DNA of 64,000 nucleotides, taken from sequence record NC_019929.1; one strand, 5' to 3'. Positions 9,813-18,994 of the stretch are shown one piece after another. The notes under the pieces are model-generated. The model had not been told where the DNA came from. It did not search any database and worked only from the letters and a program-made list of their open reading frames with translations. A program made the translations under genes and the position numbers. The stretch's first letter is position 1, and each line of letters begins with the position of its first letter.

Positions 9813-10645
9813 CCCCTATTAGCGTTGACCGCAAATTTGGGTTTTATCAGATGTCCATCGCCAGTTCGCTGGCGTTTGAAGGGCTACTCCACACCGGCGA
9901 ACATGCCGACTGGAAAGGCGAACTGCCAATCCATGACTATCAGGAAATTTTCCTGAATCTCCGGACCTTGTTCCGTAACGCATTCTACGCGTTTGAAGAG
10001 AATCGTGAACGTTTAACAGCTGACGTCTTACTGACATCGATTGAAGAAGATATTACAAATATCATGGCTACCGCTCAGGCGGTAGCCCCTTCGGTGTTAT
10101 GTGTGCCGTATCTGTGCACGTATAAAAGTGCAAACAAAACGTTCCCGGAAGCTTCATTTCGTTCGATTGCCAGCGGGGAAAACAAGATGACGCCGACCAT
10201 GCTCCACTATAATGCACTGGAGCATGACGCGCTGAAATTGTTCGATGAGAAGTGGCCCGAAGCGTACCGTAAGTTCGATGTGTTCCCAGACGGTAAGCAC
10301 GACACCCTGATGTTAACCCATCTGCCAGCAGACTTGTTGGCACGTACTGATTTTCCGAAGTTAGGCTTGTTAGAGTCCCACACGGGGAAGGTGAAGACCC
10401 AACTCGAATGGTACACCAAGCTGAACAATAAACCTGAACAGATCCCGTTCAACAAAGCGTTCTTAACAATCTTTGGTGATGCGTATATGTTCGCCCCGTT
10501 AGACCGTAAAGTCCGTACCGTGTTACTGAAGACAGCGGAGAAATACCACTGGCGTCAGGACACAACCATGGATCGTATCTACAGTTGTTTGCGCCTGGTG
10601 AACGAACCCCATGTGATGGAATTCTTACGTCGCTGCTCCCGCTAA
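9809..10645 (+). CDS. Conserved protein, possible PIN/5'-3' exonuclease-like fold
   Basis: 278 aa; IFLNLRTLFRNAF and LMLTHLPADLL weakly resemble FEN/T4 RNase H motifs. Confidence 0.4.
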   Translation: MTPISVDRKFGFYQMSIASSLAFEGLLHTGEHADWKGELPIHDYQEIFLNLRTLFRNAFYAFEENRERLTADVLLTSIEEDITNIMATAQAVAPSVLCVPYLCTYKSANKTFPEASFRSIASGENKMTPTMLHYNALEHDALKLFDEKWPEAYRKFDVFPDGKHDTLMLTHLPADLLARTDFPKLGLLESHTGKVKTQLEWYTKLNNKPEQIPFNKAFLTIFGDAYMFAPLDRKVRTVLLKTAEKYHWRQDTTMDRIYSCLRLVNEPHVMEFLRRCSR

Positions 10646-10709
10646 AAATTTACGCATTAGGGTTATCCTGTGGGAACCCAAACATGCTTTACCGAAGGAA
10701 TTAATTTAA

Positions 10710-11384
10710 ATGGTCAATCAAAATATTTTCAAAGAGAAATGGCTTTATCCGCAGACTGAACCGGATCAGCAAAACCGTACCCGTAAGTTGGGTATTGAGC
10801 CGAATGATTTTAACGGTGATGTCGAAGGCATGAAGTTCAACTATTCCTTCGCTAAAGGTGAAGGTCTGTACTTCTCTGCCCCCTTGACCGTTTGCCGTGA
10901 CATCGTTGATACGCTGATCGCCACTCTGTCTAAACCAGAAAAATCGGTGATTAAGTTTACCAACGAAAACGGCAACAAACCGCCGGTCAGTATTCACGTT
11001 GGTCGTGATGAAAACCTGGTACCGTTCATGGCAATCTCTGGTGAAATCCAGGGCGCAGGCGCGCGCCAGAAGAAGTTCTACTTCTCTTATCCGAAAGGCT
11101 TCCGTGTATTCCGTAACGGTGAGCAGGTAAGCGATCTCGAATTGGCCGAACGTGCATGTCGTGCGTTTACCAAAAACTTCGACCTGTTCGTGCGTGACCT
11201 GGAAGAGAAGTACAAGCCGCGTGAGTTTAACAACACAGGCGGTGGTAACTTCGGTCGTGGCGGTTATAATGGCGGTGGCGGTAATGGTGGCGGAAACCGT
11301 GGTGGTAATAACGGTGGCGGTTATCAGCAGCAGCAGCAGTCTCAACCTCCGGCAACGGATTCCAGCTACGACGATTTCGTATAA
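10710..11384 (+). CDS. chmC: Nucleic-acid-binding protein with G/N/Q-rich tail, probable ChmC (phiKZ gp67-like)
   Basis: Lies just upstream of the gp68-like and PicA-like genes. Globular N-terminal region plus low-complexity tail GGGNFGRGGYNGGG...QQQQQ ending in acidic YDDFV. Confidence 0.55.
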   Translation: MVNQNIFKEKWLYPQTEPDQQNRTRKLGIEPNDFNGDVEGMKFNYSFAKGEGLYFSAPLTVCRDIVDTLIATLSKPEKSVIKFTNENGNKPPVSIHVGRDENLVPFMAISGEIQGAGARQKKFYFSYPKGFRVFRNGEQVSDLELAERACRAFTKNFDLFVRDLEEKYKPREFNNTGGGNFGRGGYNGGGGNGGGNRGGNNGGGYQQQQQSQPPATDSSYDDFV

Positions 11385-11398
11385 TTAATAAAGCGCAA

Positions 11399-11422
11399 AG
11401 CCCGAGGGAAATCCCTCGGGCT
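11399..11422 (+). terminator. Hairpin after putative chmC
   Basis: AGCCCGAGGG-AAAT-CCCTCGGGCT with no U-tract. Confidence 0.45.
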
Positions 11423-11464
11423 ACAAAGCTGCTATGTGTACAAGAGTGCAGTGAAAGAGAACTG

Positions 11465-11478
11465 AGATAGATATTATC
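11465..11478 (+). promoter_or_regulatory. Phage promoter motif AGATAGATATTATC
   Basis: Exact copy of the repeated intergenic motif, about 35 nt upstream of the ATG at 11514. Confidence 0.65.
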
Positions 11479-11513
11479 TTGGTGCAATCGACTATTCGCG
11501 GAGCTTTACCATA

Positions 11514-13160
11514 ATGAAAATTGAGAAAAATCGTGACCGCCTGGTCATCCGTCTGGATGATAAAGAGGTGGGGTTTAACGGTTTCCGTGGCACTCGTAAG
11601 GACTCTAACGTTCCTGATGTCTACGATGCCAAAGGAGCAGTGATTCCCCGTGACCGGATTATGTTCATGGAAATCGAACGTTATTGGATGACGTTGAGTG
11701 CTGACGAGAAAGCAGACCTGTTCGGGGCGTATGCTGAGCTGGAGCTGTTGGCCAACGAGCCACCGGAAGTGGTACGTAATCATACCCCTCGCTTGGTGGA
11801 AAAGATTTCTCGTTATCATCGTGCTGATCGCTTTAAGCAACTGTACCCACTCAGTTCTGTCTGGATTCCGGAAAACATGTCAGGGACTCATGATGACATG
11901 TCGACCAATTATCCGGAGGCGATGACGTATATCGTCTCGGACTATTACGAGCTGATTATCTTAGCGATGATGATTAAGCCGTTCATTCCGGTGTTCCTGA
12001 GCCTCGGGGCTTTCCCGACCAGTAAAGGCGCAGCGGTGGAGATGAAACGCAAGAACGTCTATAACCTGACGTACTGCATGGAACTCCTTAGCGATACCGA
12101 CATCATGAAGTTGCCTGCGATTCCAAAGCTGCGTGGCTTCCTGGATAGCGTGCTGGAGAAAGTCCAACGTGACCAATCCAACAAAGGCATGATGTCAACC
12201 AGCTTGTCTGTGCTGGCCACCGTCAGTGGTTACGGTACGGACATGATGGAAGAGTACGTGATGGCGTTCGCTATCATTCGTTTACTGTCGATGCGTCTGA
12301 TTGGGGCGGAACTGCCGAAAGGTACGATGGTAGAGAATAACATGGTGGCGGGCTTGTTCTTTAACGTGAAGCAGGAGATTGAGACGGGGTTTGCTGGTAA
12401 GATCTCGAATCAGAACGTGCTGTTAAAGCAACATCCTGAGAACGTGGTGTTCAACGGGGAACGCGGCAAGATTAACTCAACGGACTTGATTCAAGCCCGT
12501 ACCGCAGCACCGATTAAAGAGTACGTGCGTACTGAGGTCTTCTTTAAAGATTACCGCAAAGCGCTCAAGTGCCTGGACATCGCAGTTCCTCCGGCAGATG
12601 TGAAGACGCTGATTGATTCTGTTCAGCTGAATCACACCTCGCCGTTCTACGAGATGCACGAGTGGCTGATGGCTGCGGCATTGCATCGGTTTGCCGATAG
12701 GCGCACCTATAAAGACATTGACGCCGAGGCGTTCATGTGCGGTATGGGGTTAGCACAAGCGGTGTACCTGAACTACGGAATGCCTGAAATCGCACAGCTG
12801 CTTAGTTGTGAAATGATTCAGTCTGACCTCAGTACCGGGTATCCGATTGAACCTATCGACAATGAAATCAAAATAAAGACGGATAGATATTATCCTCAAG
12901 CATACCGTGGACAACGCAATACCAGCGAGTCCTCAACTTTACGTGATTCTCTCAACCTTCTGTTTCGTGAACACGTTGGGCCGTTCTTCTTCCATCTCAG
13001 GGCAACACCGGAAGCAGCCATGCTGCTCAAGTGTGAAATGGATATTGAAGCATACAGTCCGCACAAACGTATTCAGAACATGCTGGCCGAATTCTTGTTA
13101 ATTCAGGCACGCAAGAAAACTGAAGAAGTTGATTGGTTTAATGACAAAGCATCGGCTTGA
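11514..13160 (+). CDS. nvRNAP promoter-specificity (sigma-like) subunit (phiKZ gp68-like)
   Basis: 548 aa, predicted helical; size and position between the ChmC-like and PicA-like genes match gp68. Confidence 0.6.
   Translation: MKIEKNRDRLVIRLDDKEVGFNGFRGTRKDSNVPDVYDAKGAVIPRDRIMFMEIERYWMTLSADEKADLFGAYAELELLANEPPEVVRNHTPRLVEKISRYHRADRFKQLYPLSSVWIPENMSGTHDDMSTNYPEAMTYIVSDYYELIILAMMIKPFIPVFLSLGAFPTSKGAAVEMKRKNVYNLTYCMELLSDTDIMKLPAIPKLRGFLDSVLEKVQRDQSNKGMMSTSLSVLATVSGYGTDMMEEYVMAFAIIRLLSMRLIGAELPKGTMVENNMVAGLFFNVKQEIETGFAGKISNQNVLLKQHPENVVFNGERGKINSTDLIQARTAAPIKEYVRTEVFFKDYRKALKCLDIAVPPADVKTLIDSVQLNHTSPFYEMHEWLMAAALHRFADRRTYKDIDAEAFMCGMGLAQAVYLNYGMPEIAQLLSCEMIQSDLSTGYPIEPIDNEIKIKTDRYYPQAYRGQRNTSESSTLRDSLNLLFREHVGPFFFHLRATPEAAMLLKCEMDIEAYSPHKRIQNMLAEFLLIQARKKTEEVDWFNDKASA
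12882..12894 (+). promoter_or_regulatory. Promoter motif embedded in a coding sequence
   Basis: GATAGATATTATC inside the gp68-like CDS, about 285 nt upstream of the PicA-like gene. Confidence 0.5.
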
Positions 13161-13179
13161 CCTTAAGGAGTATTGAACA

Positions 13180-14943
13180 ATGGCAATGAAATTACTGAAA
13201 CTCGCAATGTATCCGGTTCAAGAAGTACCGGAGCAGATTCGTCGTCGTGTTGGCTTTAACGCCAGCACGGGTGCACTGGATGACCTCGCTACTGCGGTAG
13301 CCGTAGGGGGCACCAAAGCAACTGGTTCATTACAGTACCAGCAGGCGTTGTCACAAATCGTCGGCTTTGACGATACGAAGGAAGGCTTCGAGCGCCCATT
13401 CGTAAACGTCAGCGATAACGATGACAACCCAATCCAATTCCAGTTCGGGTCTAATGACACGGGTGTGTATAACTTCGTCGCGATTATCGTGGCGCAGCCG
13501 TTGGCGGGTACCCGTTCGCAGGAAACGCAGTATGTGGTTTCTGGTTACACCTCGCAGGCAGAGAAATCCCTGTTCGGTAAATTGCCAGATGACATGGTGC
13601 TGTACATTAACGACATCTACGGTCTGCAATGTACGTACGATGGTGATGGCCTGGGTGGTCGTCGTATCAACCCAGATTCCTATCGCCTGGTCGATAACTA
13701 CGTCCTGTCGAAATCACTGTCGCATATGGGCTACAGTGAAAACAGTGTGGACATCATCTCGGTGGCGAAATCCGCAGACATGGTGAAACGTATTGAACTG
13801 GCGTCGGACGAAGAGTTCATTCCAGATGCCAATACCATGTTGTCGCCGAATGCACAACATGCTCCACAGCTGCTGACCGGACAGTTAACCCGTCCAGAAG
13901 CGTTCGTCTCGGCTATCTCTAATGCGTACCTGTCAACCGCAGGTATCGATACGGAGCTGGGCCAGGTCGACAGCTTCTTTGCCGGTAACACCAGTATCGG
14001 TATCGATTCAGAACTGAGCAACCTGGGTGTGGTGCGTAACTTCAACAATTACGAACTCATCAAGGCCATGCGTTCTGCGCTGACCAATGCCACCTCCGAT
14101 GTAACCGGTGGCTGGAAAGCAACCAACAAAGCCACCTTCCGTCTGGCCGATTTACGTGCATGTATTTCGAACCCGCTGGATATGGATGTGTGGATTGGTG
14201 AATCGATCCGACTGGCTGAGCAACGTGGCCTGGGCCAAATCGAGCAGACTGATAGCTGGATTGGCTATAAAGACATGTCCACCCAGGGTTCACTCGTGGC
14301 GTATGACCTGGCAATGATGCTGGGTGCAACCATGACGCGTAACCTGCTCGGTGAAGTGTCGTTCATGTTTGATAACCGTAACTCGGATATCCTGCAAGAA
14401 CCGAAACTTCAGGTCTTCCCGCACAACGTGGGTTCTCTGACCGATGGCCCACTGCCAGATGTAATGGCTCGCCGTTTCCTGAACGACCTGCGTGCGGTGA
14501 TGGTACAAGTTACCAAGCACAACCGCATCCGCTGTAAAATGGTGGTCACCTGCTTAGTCGGCACGGTATCTCGTATTGAGATTACTATCGATGGCGACTT
14601 AACCGAATGGTACACCTTCGCATCGTTCATGCAGTTCCGTCTGCATAACGGTAACACAACCGATCTCACCTACGCCGGACGCCTGGCGAAGAATACCGCG
14701 CACCTGCTCAAGACCGTTGAAGAAGGTTTCAATGCGTACGAGCGTGACAACGGCATCAGCCGCATGAAGTCTAACCTACCAACCGGCTCTACAGGCGGTC
14801 TGGGTAGTGATTTAGGCGGACTGAATCCGAACGCGGTACTGGGCGACTCTTTAGGAGGTGGCCTGGGCGGTGGATTGGGTTCCGATAATCTCACCGGTGG
14901 ACTCGGTGGTGGTTTGGGCGGTGGTAAGCGCGGCGGACTCTAA
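13180..14943 (+). CDS. picA: Phage-nucleus protein import factor PicA/Imp1 (phiKZ gp69-like)
   Basis: 587 aa, directly after the gp68-like gene; C-terminal GGLG-repeat tail. Assignment is mainly by synteny. Confidence 0.6.
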   Translation: MAMKLLKLAMYPVQEVPEQIRRRVGFNASTGALDDLATAVAVGGTKATGSLQYQQALSQIVGFDDTKEGFERPFVNVSDNDDNPIQFQFGSNDTGVYNFVAIIVAQPLAGTRSQETQYVVSGYTSQAEKSLFGKLPDDMVLYINDIYGLQCTYDGDGLGGRRINPDSYRLVDNYVLSKSLSHMGYSENSVDIISVAKSADMVKRIELASDEEFIPDANTMLSPNAQHAPQLLTGQLTRPEAFVSAISNAYLSTAGIDTELGQVDSFFAGNTSIGIDSELSNLGVVRNFNNYELIKAMRSALTNATSDVTGGWKATNKATFRLADLRACISNPLDMDVWIGESIRLAEQRGLGQIEQTDSWIGYKDMSTQGSLVAYDLAMMLGATMTRNLLGEVSFMFDNRNSDILQEPKLQVFPHNVGSLTDGPLPDVMARRFLNDLRAVMVQVTKHNRIRCKMVVTCLVGTVSRIEITIDGDLTEWYTFASFMQFRLHNGNTTDLTYAGRLAKNTAHLLKTVEEGFNAYERDNGISRMKSNLPTGSTGGLGSDLGGLNPNAVLGDSLGGGLGGGLGSDNLTGGLGGGLGGGKRGGL

Positions 14944-14961
14944 TTTAAGGATTATGCACCC

Positions 14962-16326
14962 ATGAAGATTATTGACTTTTATACCTCGTTCCTGAAATCA
15001 CAAGGTTACGGGTTTGCAGCAGACTTACTGACGACCGATGACGGTCATCCGGCTGAGTTTACGTACAACAAAGTGAAGCGCCGTCTGGCGCTTCCTACCC
15101 CGGTCATGATTAAGAAAGGCATGGAAGACGACGATGGTCGTGAATGTCATGCTTTCCATCCGCTGTGCGAATCTGTACTGTCGGGCGAATCAGGCACCAT
15201 CCGTTTCCTGAAGAACAGCATTAAGACCCAGCTGTTCCTGCGCAACTTCGAACTGATTGATGCGATTCTCGAAACGGCAGCAGCAGGTAAGTCGGTACGT
15301 CTGGCCGGATACAAGAAATTCCTGAGCGATGTGATTTGCGAAGGGATGAAAGATCCGACCTTTGACGAGCGCCTGGTGAAATCCTGGGAAGCGGTGAAGG
15401 CGTACGTGTACGGCTTGTTGGAAAACGACAAGAAGTACAAAGTCACCAACATCTTCATTACCCCGTCAATGGAAATTGATGGCGTGAAGTTCATCCGTGT
15501 GGCTAACTATAAGCACATGTTTGAAGAAGAGTCCCTGGACGGTACCGCAACGTACTTCGGTGCGAAGGTGCAGCGTAAACAGGATAAAGTTATTATCCAC
15601 CGTTTACTCACCACCCTGTTTGGCTGGTATCCAGATGTCGTAGGGTCAAATGACTCTCGTCCGTACTTTGGTTGTCTGGCGCGTGGTTGGGCACAGTACG
15701 TGGTCAATTATAACCAGATTGTCAAAGGTCTGCGTGACCATACCCATCTGAAGCCACTGGAAGATGAGTGGATTGCTCAGCTGGATAACATGGAAGTGTA
15801 CGACAACGTGATTCAGACGTTACCGTACAATACTGGCCCACGTTCTGATACACCTGAAAAGGATACCAGTGCGCACGATTTCCGTTTAGATCGCCAACCA
15901 CCGGGACAACAGATCCCGATGAAGAAAGCGTCTGATGTGGCACCGGCCGAAGCAATGGATGACGATGACCCGGTTGCCTTCTTCCGTAAACGTGCGGCGG
16001 TAAACTCGACGTCGAACCCAATGAAGAACCTCTCTCCGGCCTTGCAGCGCATGTACGAAGAGAAAGGTAACATTGACCTGAACAAGCCCGAAGTGGCGCG
16101 TGTGTCGTTGGTTGATGCTTTTGGTGGTAAGAAAGAAGAGAAAGGTCTGAGTCTGCTGGGTAGTGGTGGTGGACTTGGCGGGGGTGGATTAGGCAGCAGT
16201 GGCGGCCTGGGTTCACTGGACAGCGCACTCGGAGGCGGCGGCTTAGGCGGCGGTGGTCTGGGTGGAGGCTTAGGTGGTGGGTTGGGCGGAAGCGGTGCTT
16301 TCAGCTCAGCGTTCAGCCGGGCATAA
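14962..16326 (+). CDS. Conserved nucleus-associated protein (phiKZ gp70-like)
   Basis: 454 aa; FHPLCESVLSGES core and a GGLG-repeat tail; follows the PicA-like gene. Confidence 0.55.
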   Translation: MKIIDFYTSFLKSQGYGFAADLLTTDDGHPAEFTYNKVKRRLALPTPVMIKKGMEDDDGRECHAFHPLCESVLSGESGTIRFLKNSIKTQLFLRNFELIDAILETAAAGKSVRLAGYKKFLSDVICEGMKDPTFDERLVKSWEAVKAYVYGLLENDKKYKVTNIFITPSMEIDGVKFIRVANYKHMFEEESLDGTATYFGAKVQRKQDKVIIHRLLTTLFGWYPDVVGSNDSRPYFGCLARGWAQYVVNYNQIVKGLRDHTHLKPLEDEWIAQLDNMEVYDNVIQTLPYNTGPRSDTPEKDTSAHDFRLDRQPPGQQIPMKKASDVAPAEAMDDDDPVAFFRKRAAVNSTSNPMKNLSPALQRMYEEKGNIDLNKPEVARVSLVDAFGGKKEEKGLSLLGSGGGLGGGGLGSSGGLGSLDSALGGGGLGGGGLGGGLGGGLGGSGAFSSAFSRA

Positions 16327-16333
16327 AAGAAGG

Positions 16334-16363
16334 AAGAAGGGACTGGGCGTCCCTTCTTTTTTT
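16334..16363. terminator. Bidirectional terminator
   Basis: AAGAAGGGAC-TGGGC-GTCCCTTCTT with A/T tracts, between convergent genes. Confidence 0.75.
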
Positions 16364-16688
16364 AGTCTTCGATAACGGTCGAGAGTATGTCATTGACGAC
16401 GCTGACATCCGGAACAAGCAGTTCGGTAATGGCAGGGGTGAAATTCATCGGGTCTTCTAACCCGTTGAGCAACATCATTGGGAAGACGATTGACGCATCG
16501 TAATCTTTGAGTCGGCAATAGGCATAGAAGTTGTGAATCTCTGGCCAGCTGTATCTCGGGTCAACAATCTCGGTTTTGGTCTTGGGGTGTTTACGCAAGA
16601 AGTCGGTGTAGTCGTGTAACACCTTCCAGGTTCTGGAACTGGGCGAAGGTATCACCTCGGTTAGGGTAGCAAAACTATCGAGCATCAC
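16362..16688 (-). CDS. Small conserved protein, possibly LysM/T4 gp53-like
   Basis: 108 aa with AGGAG RBS; pattern FYAYCRLKDY...MMLLNGLEDPMNF...LLVPD. Confidence 0.5.
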   Translation of the reverse strand: MMLDSFATLTEVIPSPSSRTWKVLHDYTDFLRKHPKTKTEIVDPRYSWPEIHNFYAYCRLKDYDASIVFPMMLLNGLEDPMNFTPAITELLVPDVSVVNDILSTVIED

Positions 16689-16707
16689 GCTTCTCCTAAA
16701 ATATAAT

Positions 16708-16721
16708 AGATAGATATTATC
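16708..16721 (+). promoter_or_regulatory. Phage promoter motif AGATAGATATTATC
   Basis: Exact motif copy upstream of the nvRNAP beta gene. Confidence 0.65.
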
Positions 16722-16753
16722 CTACTGAGGTAACCATAAGGAGCATTTAGCGT

Positions 16754-18994
16754 ATGAAGACACCAGTCGAACTCATGAGTAGTGTGGCTGACCGCGAAGC
16801 GGGCATTTCAATGGTATCGGGTGCGCGTGCATCCATGGTCGGTGGACATATGAAGTCCGCTGTGCCGGTAGACCATCCGCAGCCGTCCCCACACTTCACG
16901 GGGGCAGACGTGAACTACCACGACTTCGCCTTCAACGATATTGTTGAAGACAGCGGAACAACGTGTAGTTACATTACGAAAGACGGGCGTCAGCGACGTG
17001 CAACGTTTGCACGTTACGGTCGGCAAGGCGACTCTAAGGCATTGGAGTATGCCATCTTCTTTAAACGGGCTGAGCAAACAGTACAGAAGAAGACGATGAT
17101 TGATGTGTTGGAGATTAACTTCTACACCAACCACGATAACGTCTTCTCCTCAGAAAAGCGCGAAACGAATAAGTTGCGTTCGCTCTTGAACGGGGAAACC
17201 GAGCAGTTAGAAAAAGACGAAATCCTGACGACGTTCAACGCACTGAAAGACGGTGAGTTTGTCGATGGGGTAAGTCTGTCCACGGTGACGATGTCGCACC
17301 CTGACATCATTGAAGATGCGTACACCATCTCCAAAACCGCGGCATCGGTCATGCACGCATTCGGGTTGAAGACTATTGACTTCTCCTTGCGTGATGATGA
17401 GTTCCTGTTAGATGCGTATGGCTTTACCGATTTCAATGGGGTGCGCATTCCGCGCTATATGCCGTTGGTGGGTGATGCTGTGCGTGATGATGGTCTGGTG
17501 ATTGCAGCCCGTCGTTTTGATAAGCTGTACGCGGCAATTGATACCACACTCGGGGAAACGCAACACATTTCCCCACACATGGATCGTTGTGAATACGTGG
17601 ATGCCGATCCCGAACATTATCAGGCCAATTTAGATAATGACCTCGAGAAGATGGAACGGACAGGCTCGCGGGTGGTGGATATTCAGGTGTGGCGTGACGA
17701 AACCAGTTGCAGCCATGGCACCAACAATATCAACTGTACCGAAGAGAACAAACGCGAACTGGATAAGTACGCGATGGCACTGAAAGAGTATTACCGTGGC
17801 ATCGTGCGCTTCTACTTCGCTATGTCTCAGGACAAGAGCATTGTCTGGTCGCCAAAAGCCTGCGTGTTGCTGGACAAAGCCTTCGCTTCGGAAACTTACG
17901 AAGTGTATTCTGAGTTCCGTGATGAAATCAAGCAGGTGATTGACGAAGCTATCCGTCGTGGTGAGTACGGTAAAGACGGTGTGTCACAACAGATTATTTC
18001 CAAGCTGACCTCTCCGGTACAGCGCAGTCTGCGTGACCCTATCAATACCTATACCATCAAAATTGTGGTAAGCTACCCGATCCCGGTAACGGTGTCATCG
18101 AAAATCACTGACCGTTCAGGTACCAAAGGTATCGTGGGTCGGGTGCTGGACGATGAAGACATGCCGATTAACGAGTTCGGTGAGCGTGTTCACGTTATCC
18201 GTTCCATGAACGCCGTGGTACGTCGCTCGACCTACGCTGCGTTGTTCCACATGTATTGGTCGGCGGCGTCTGAGCAACTTAAGCTGCGAATGAAGCCTGA
18301 ACTGGATGCAGGTAACATCAATGGGGCCTGGGCAGTCATGATGGACTATCTGATGCGTTATAATCCCGATTGGGTTAACGCATTGAATGCCACGCATGAC
18401 ACAGATGAGCTGAAACAGAAACTCTTCGCAGAGATTTATGATTTCACCATCCGTATCTGGATGCCGCATGAGCTGGATGATTTGCCGGTGGACATCTCTG
18501 AACGTCTGGGCGAGTTCAAACCGAAGAAGTCGAAACTCCTGATTACCAATTACGACGGTAAGAAAGAGTGGACGAAGAACGAGTTCTACGTGGGCTTAGT
18601 GGAAACGTTGCGTCTGGATAAAACCGGTCGTGAGTTCTCCAGTATCTCCTCGATGTACCTGAACTTCATGGGGACTATCGATGCCTCTAATCAGGGCCGT
18701 GGCTCGTATCCGATTAACCTGAAAGGCTTAAAGTGGGGCGGGCCATCTGAGCACCGTTTACTCGAAGGCTTTGGCCCAGGCAACTATGACGAAGCGCATA
18801 ACCGTGCTAATGACCCGGCGGTTCACCGTGCTATCGTTACTGGGCTGTATAACTCTCCAACTCCAACTAACCCTGGTTACTTGGTGGATCGTAAGAAACT
18901 GCCAATGGGGGATTCGCAAGTGGATAGAATGATTCGTAACATTCACCGCGCCGAAGGGTTTGAGTTAATCCGTCCAGTACGGGAGGAGAAATAA
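16754..18994 (+). CDS. nvRNAP beta subunit, C-terminal part (phiKZ gp71-73-like)
   Basis: SSKITDRSGTKG keeps both lysines of the GDKxxxRHGNKG motif; also ARASMVGGHMKSAV and LKWGGPSEHR. Confidence 0.85.
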   Translation: MKTPVELMSSVADREAGISMVSGARASMVGGHMKSAVPVDHPQPSPHFTGADVNYHDFAFNDIVEDSGTTCSYITKDGRQRRATFARYGRQGDSKALEYAIFFKRAEQTVQKKTMIDVLEINFYTNHDNVFSSEKRETNKLRSLLNGETEQLEKDEILTTFNALKDGEFVDGVSLSTVTMSHPDIIEDAYTISKTAASVMHAFGLKTIDFSLRDDEFLLDAYGFTDFNGVRIPRYMPLVGDAVRDDGLVIAARRFDKLYAAIDTTLGETQHISPHMDRCEYVDADPEHYQANLDNDLEKMERTGSRVVDIQVWRDETSCSHGTNNINCTEENKRELDKYAMALKEYYRGIVRFYFAMSQDKSIVWSPKACVLLDKAFASETYEVYSEFRDEIKQVIDEAIRRGEYGKDGVSQQIISKLTSPVQRSLRDPINTYTIKIVVSYPIPVTVSSKITDRSGTKGIVGRVLDDEDMPINEFGERVHVIRSMNAVVRRSTYAALFHMYWSAASEQLKLRMKPELDAGNINGAWAVMMDYLMRYNPDWVNALNATHDTDELKQKLFAEIYDFTIRIWMPHELDDLPVDISERLGEFKPKKSKLLITNYDGKKEWTKNEFYVGLVETLRLDKTGREFSSISSMYLNFMGTIDASNQGRGSYPINLKGLKWGGPSEHRLLEGFGPGNYDEAHNRANDPAVHRAIVTGLYNSPTPTNPGYLVDRKKLPMGDSQVDRMIRNIHRAEGFELIRPVREEK

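Noticed and set aside
14782-16326. G-rich repeats as a CRISPR array or DNA tandem repeat
   Set aside because: The repeats are in-frame with synonymous variation and have no spacer structure; they are protein-level repeats.
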